This document shows, in pieces, positions 62,215 to 64,000 of a stretch of 64,000 bases of DNA (position 1 is the stretch's first letter; the number at the start of each line of letters is the position of its first letter). The notes beneath the pieces are model-generated. The model was not told the DNA's origin. It searched no databases and was given only the letters and a program-made list of their open reading frames with translations. The stretch comes from Macrostomum lignano (Eukaryota), in the NCBI GenBank assembly GCA_002269645.1, contig NIVC01000644.1, positions 124,001 through 188,000 on the forward strand, given 5' to 3'. The position numbers and the translations under genes were made by a program.

Positions 62215-63999
62215 TTAAGGCTGATGCTTGCCCTGCGGCTTTCCTTTGCTGGGTCCCTTCAGATGCTGCTTTTTGGCAGCTCTCCCGCCGGACTTTTTCT
62301 CGCCATTTCCGCCGGCCTTGTGTACTTGAACTTTTTTCTTCTTATTAGATTCGTTTCTCTCGGAGCCGCCTACAATCATCCTCTTCTTGTTCTTCTCTGA
62401 AACAGTCAAACTTGTTGATGAATTGCATGCTAGTGTGTCAGAAATGTCGCCATTGTGAGTCATGGCGCTGATACTCACTTCTAAACTGAGGCGGCAGGGA
62501 GCTCTCGGAGCCGCCTACAATCATCCTCTTCTTGTTCTTCTCTGAAACAGTCAAACTTGTTGATGAATTGCATGCTAAAGTGTGTCAGAAATGTCGCCAT
62601 TGTGAGTCATGGCGCTGATACTCACTTCTAAACTGAGGCGGTAGGGAGCTCTCGGAGCCGCCTACAATCATCCTCTTCTTGTTCTTCTCTGAAACAGTCA
62701 AACTTGTTGATGAATTGCATGCTAAAGTGTGTCAGAAATGTCGCCATTGTGAGTCATGGCGCTGATACTCACTTCTGAACTGAGGCGGTAGGGAGCTCTC
62801 GGAGCCGCCTACAATCATCCTCTTCTTGTTCTTCTCTGAAACAGTCAAACTTGTTGATGAATTGCATGCTAGTGTGTCAGAAATGTCGCCATTGTGAGTC
62901 ATGGCGCTGATACTCACTTCTAAACTGAGGCGGCAGGGAGCTCTCGGAGCCGCCTACAATCATCCTCTTCTTGTTCTTCTCTGAAACAGTCAAACTTGTT
63001 GATGAATTGCATGCTAGTGTGTCAGAAATGTCGCCATTGTGAGTCATGGCGCTGATACTCACTTCTAAACTGAGGCGGCAGGGAGCTCTCGGAGCCGCCT
63101 ACAATCATCCTCTTCTTGTTCTTCTCTGAAACAGTCAAACTTGTTGATGAATTGCATGCTATTGTGTCAGAAATGTCGCCATTGTGAGTCATGGCGCTGA
63201 TACTCACTTCTAAACTGAGGCGGCAGGGAGCTCTCGGAGCCGCCTACAATCATCCTCTTCTTGTTCTTCTCTGAAACAGTCAAACTTGTTGATGAATTGC
63301 ATGCTAAAGTGTGTCAGAAATGTCGCCATTGTGAGTCATGGCGCTGATACTCACTTCTAAACTGAGGCGGCAGGGAGCTCTCGGAGCCGCCTACAATCAT
63401 CCTCTTCTTGTTCTTCTCTGAAACAGTCAAACTTGTTGATGAATTGCATGCTAGTGTGTCAGAAATGTCGCCATTGTGAGTCATGGCGCTGATACTCACT
63501 TCTAAACTGAGGCGGCAGGGAGCTCTCGGAGCCGCCTACAATCATCCTCTTCTTGTTCTTCTCTGAAACAGTCAAACTTGTTGATGAATTGCATGCTATT
63601 GTGTCAGAAATGTCGCCATTGTGAGTCATGGCGCTGATACTCACTTCTAAACTGAGGCGGCAGGGAGCTCTCGGAGCCGCCTACAATCATCCTCTTCTTG
63701 TTCTTCTCTGAAACAGTCAAACTTGTTGATGAATTGCATGCTAAAGTGTGTCAGAAATGTCGCCATTGTGAGTCATGGCGCTGATACTCACTTCTAAACT
63801 GAGGCGGTAGGGAGCTCTCGGAGCCGCCTACAATCATCCTCTTCTTGTTCTTCTCTGAAACAGTCAAACTTGTTGATGAATTGCATGCTAGTGTGTCAGA
63901 AATGTCGCCATTGTGAGTCATGGCGCTGATACTCACTTCTAAACTGAGGCGGCAGGGAGCTCTCGGAGCCGCCTACAATCATCCTCTTCTTGTTCTTCT
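62215..63999 (-). CDS. Putative tandem-exon gene (3' part): 11 x 63-nt exons (62479-62541, 62626-62688, 62773-62835, 62918-62980, 63063-63125, 63208-63270, 63355-63417, 63500-63562, 63645-63707, 63792-63854, 63937-63999) plus Lys-rich exon 62215-62396
   Basis: Each unit reads TTTGACTGTTTCAG | 63-nt phase-1 exon | GTGAGT; spliced peptide (KKNKKRMIVGGSESSLPPQFR)n continues in frame into unique KKKKVQVHKAGG...GKHQP*. The two exon variants are synonymous and the indels are intronic. No homolog recognised; continues beyond the window. Confidence 0.6.
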
Positions 64000-64000
64000 C
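62357..64000. repeat. 145/147-bp tandem array (>=11 copies, runs off window end)
   Basis: Near-identical units; ORF-track offsets of 145 and 292 confirm the periodicity. Confidence 0.97.

Overview
Eukaryotic (metazoan) genomic DNA with GC3-rich exons and introns/intergenic space packed with unrelated mini- and microsatellites. This style suggests a free-living flatworm such as Macrostomum, which is an inference only. Genes I can support: the 3' part of a CACHD1 ortholog (7 exons, +, to 7350); an intronless ricin-B-lectin + DUF3472 gene (10538-11761); an intronless mago nashi (14119-14577); an orphan class A GPCR (-, 33951-35093); and a complete 4-exon SDHA (54721-58996) with a GC-AG intron. 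Mobile DNA: an intact, very young Ty1/Copia element (35125-39902, LTRs identical by eye, GTGTG TSD) 31 bp upstream of the GPCR ATG; a solo LTR (24010-24972); tRNA-derived SINEs (one with a Nin/Deu-like core); an RTE-like LINE fragment. There is also an ATP synthase OSCP pseudogene fragment and about 30 tandem arrays. Top finding: the 145/147-bp 'satellite' at 62357-64000 parses on the minus strand as at least 11 copies of a 63-nt symmetric exon plus an 82/84-nt GT-AG intron. The exon variants are synonymous and the indels fall in the intron, so it looks like a tandem exon-amplified gene disguised as satellite DNA. All exon calls were made by eye; no alignment or database search was run.
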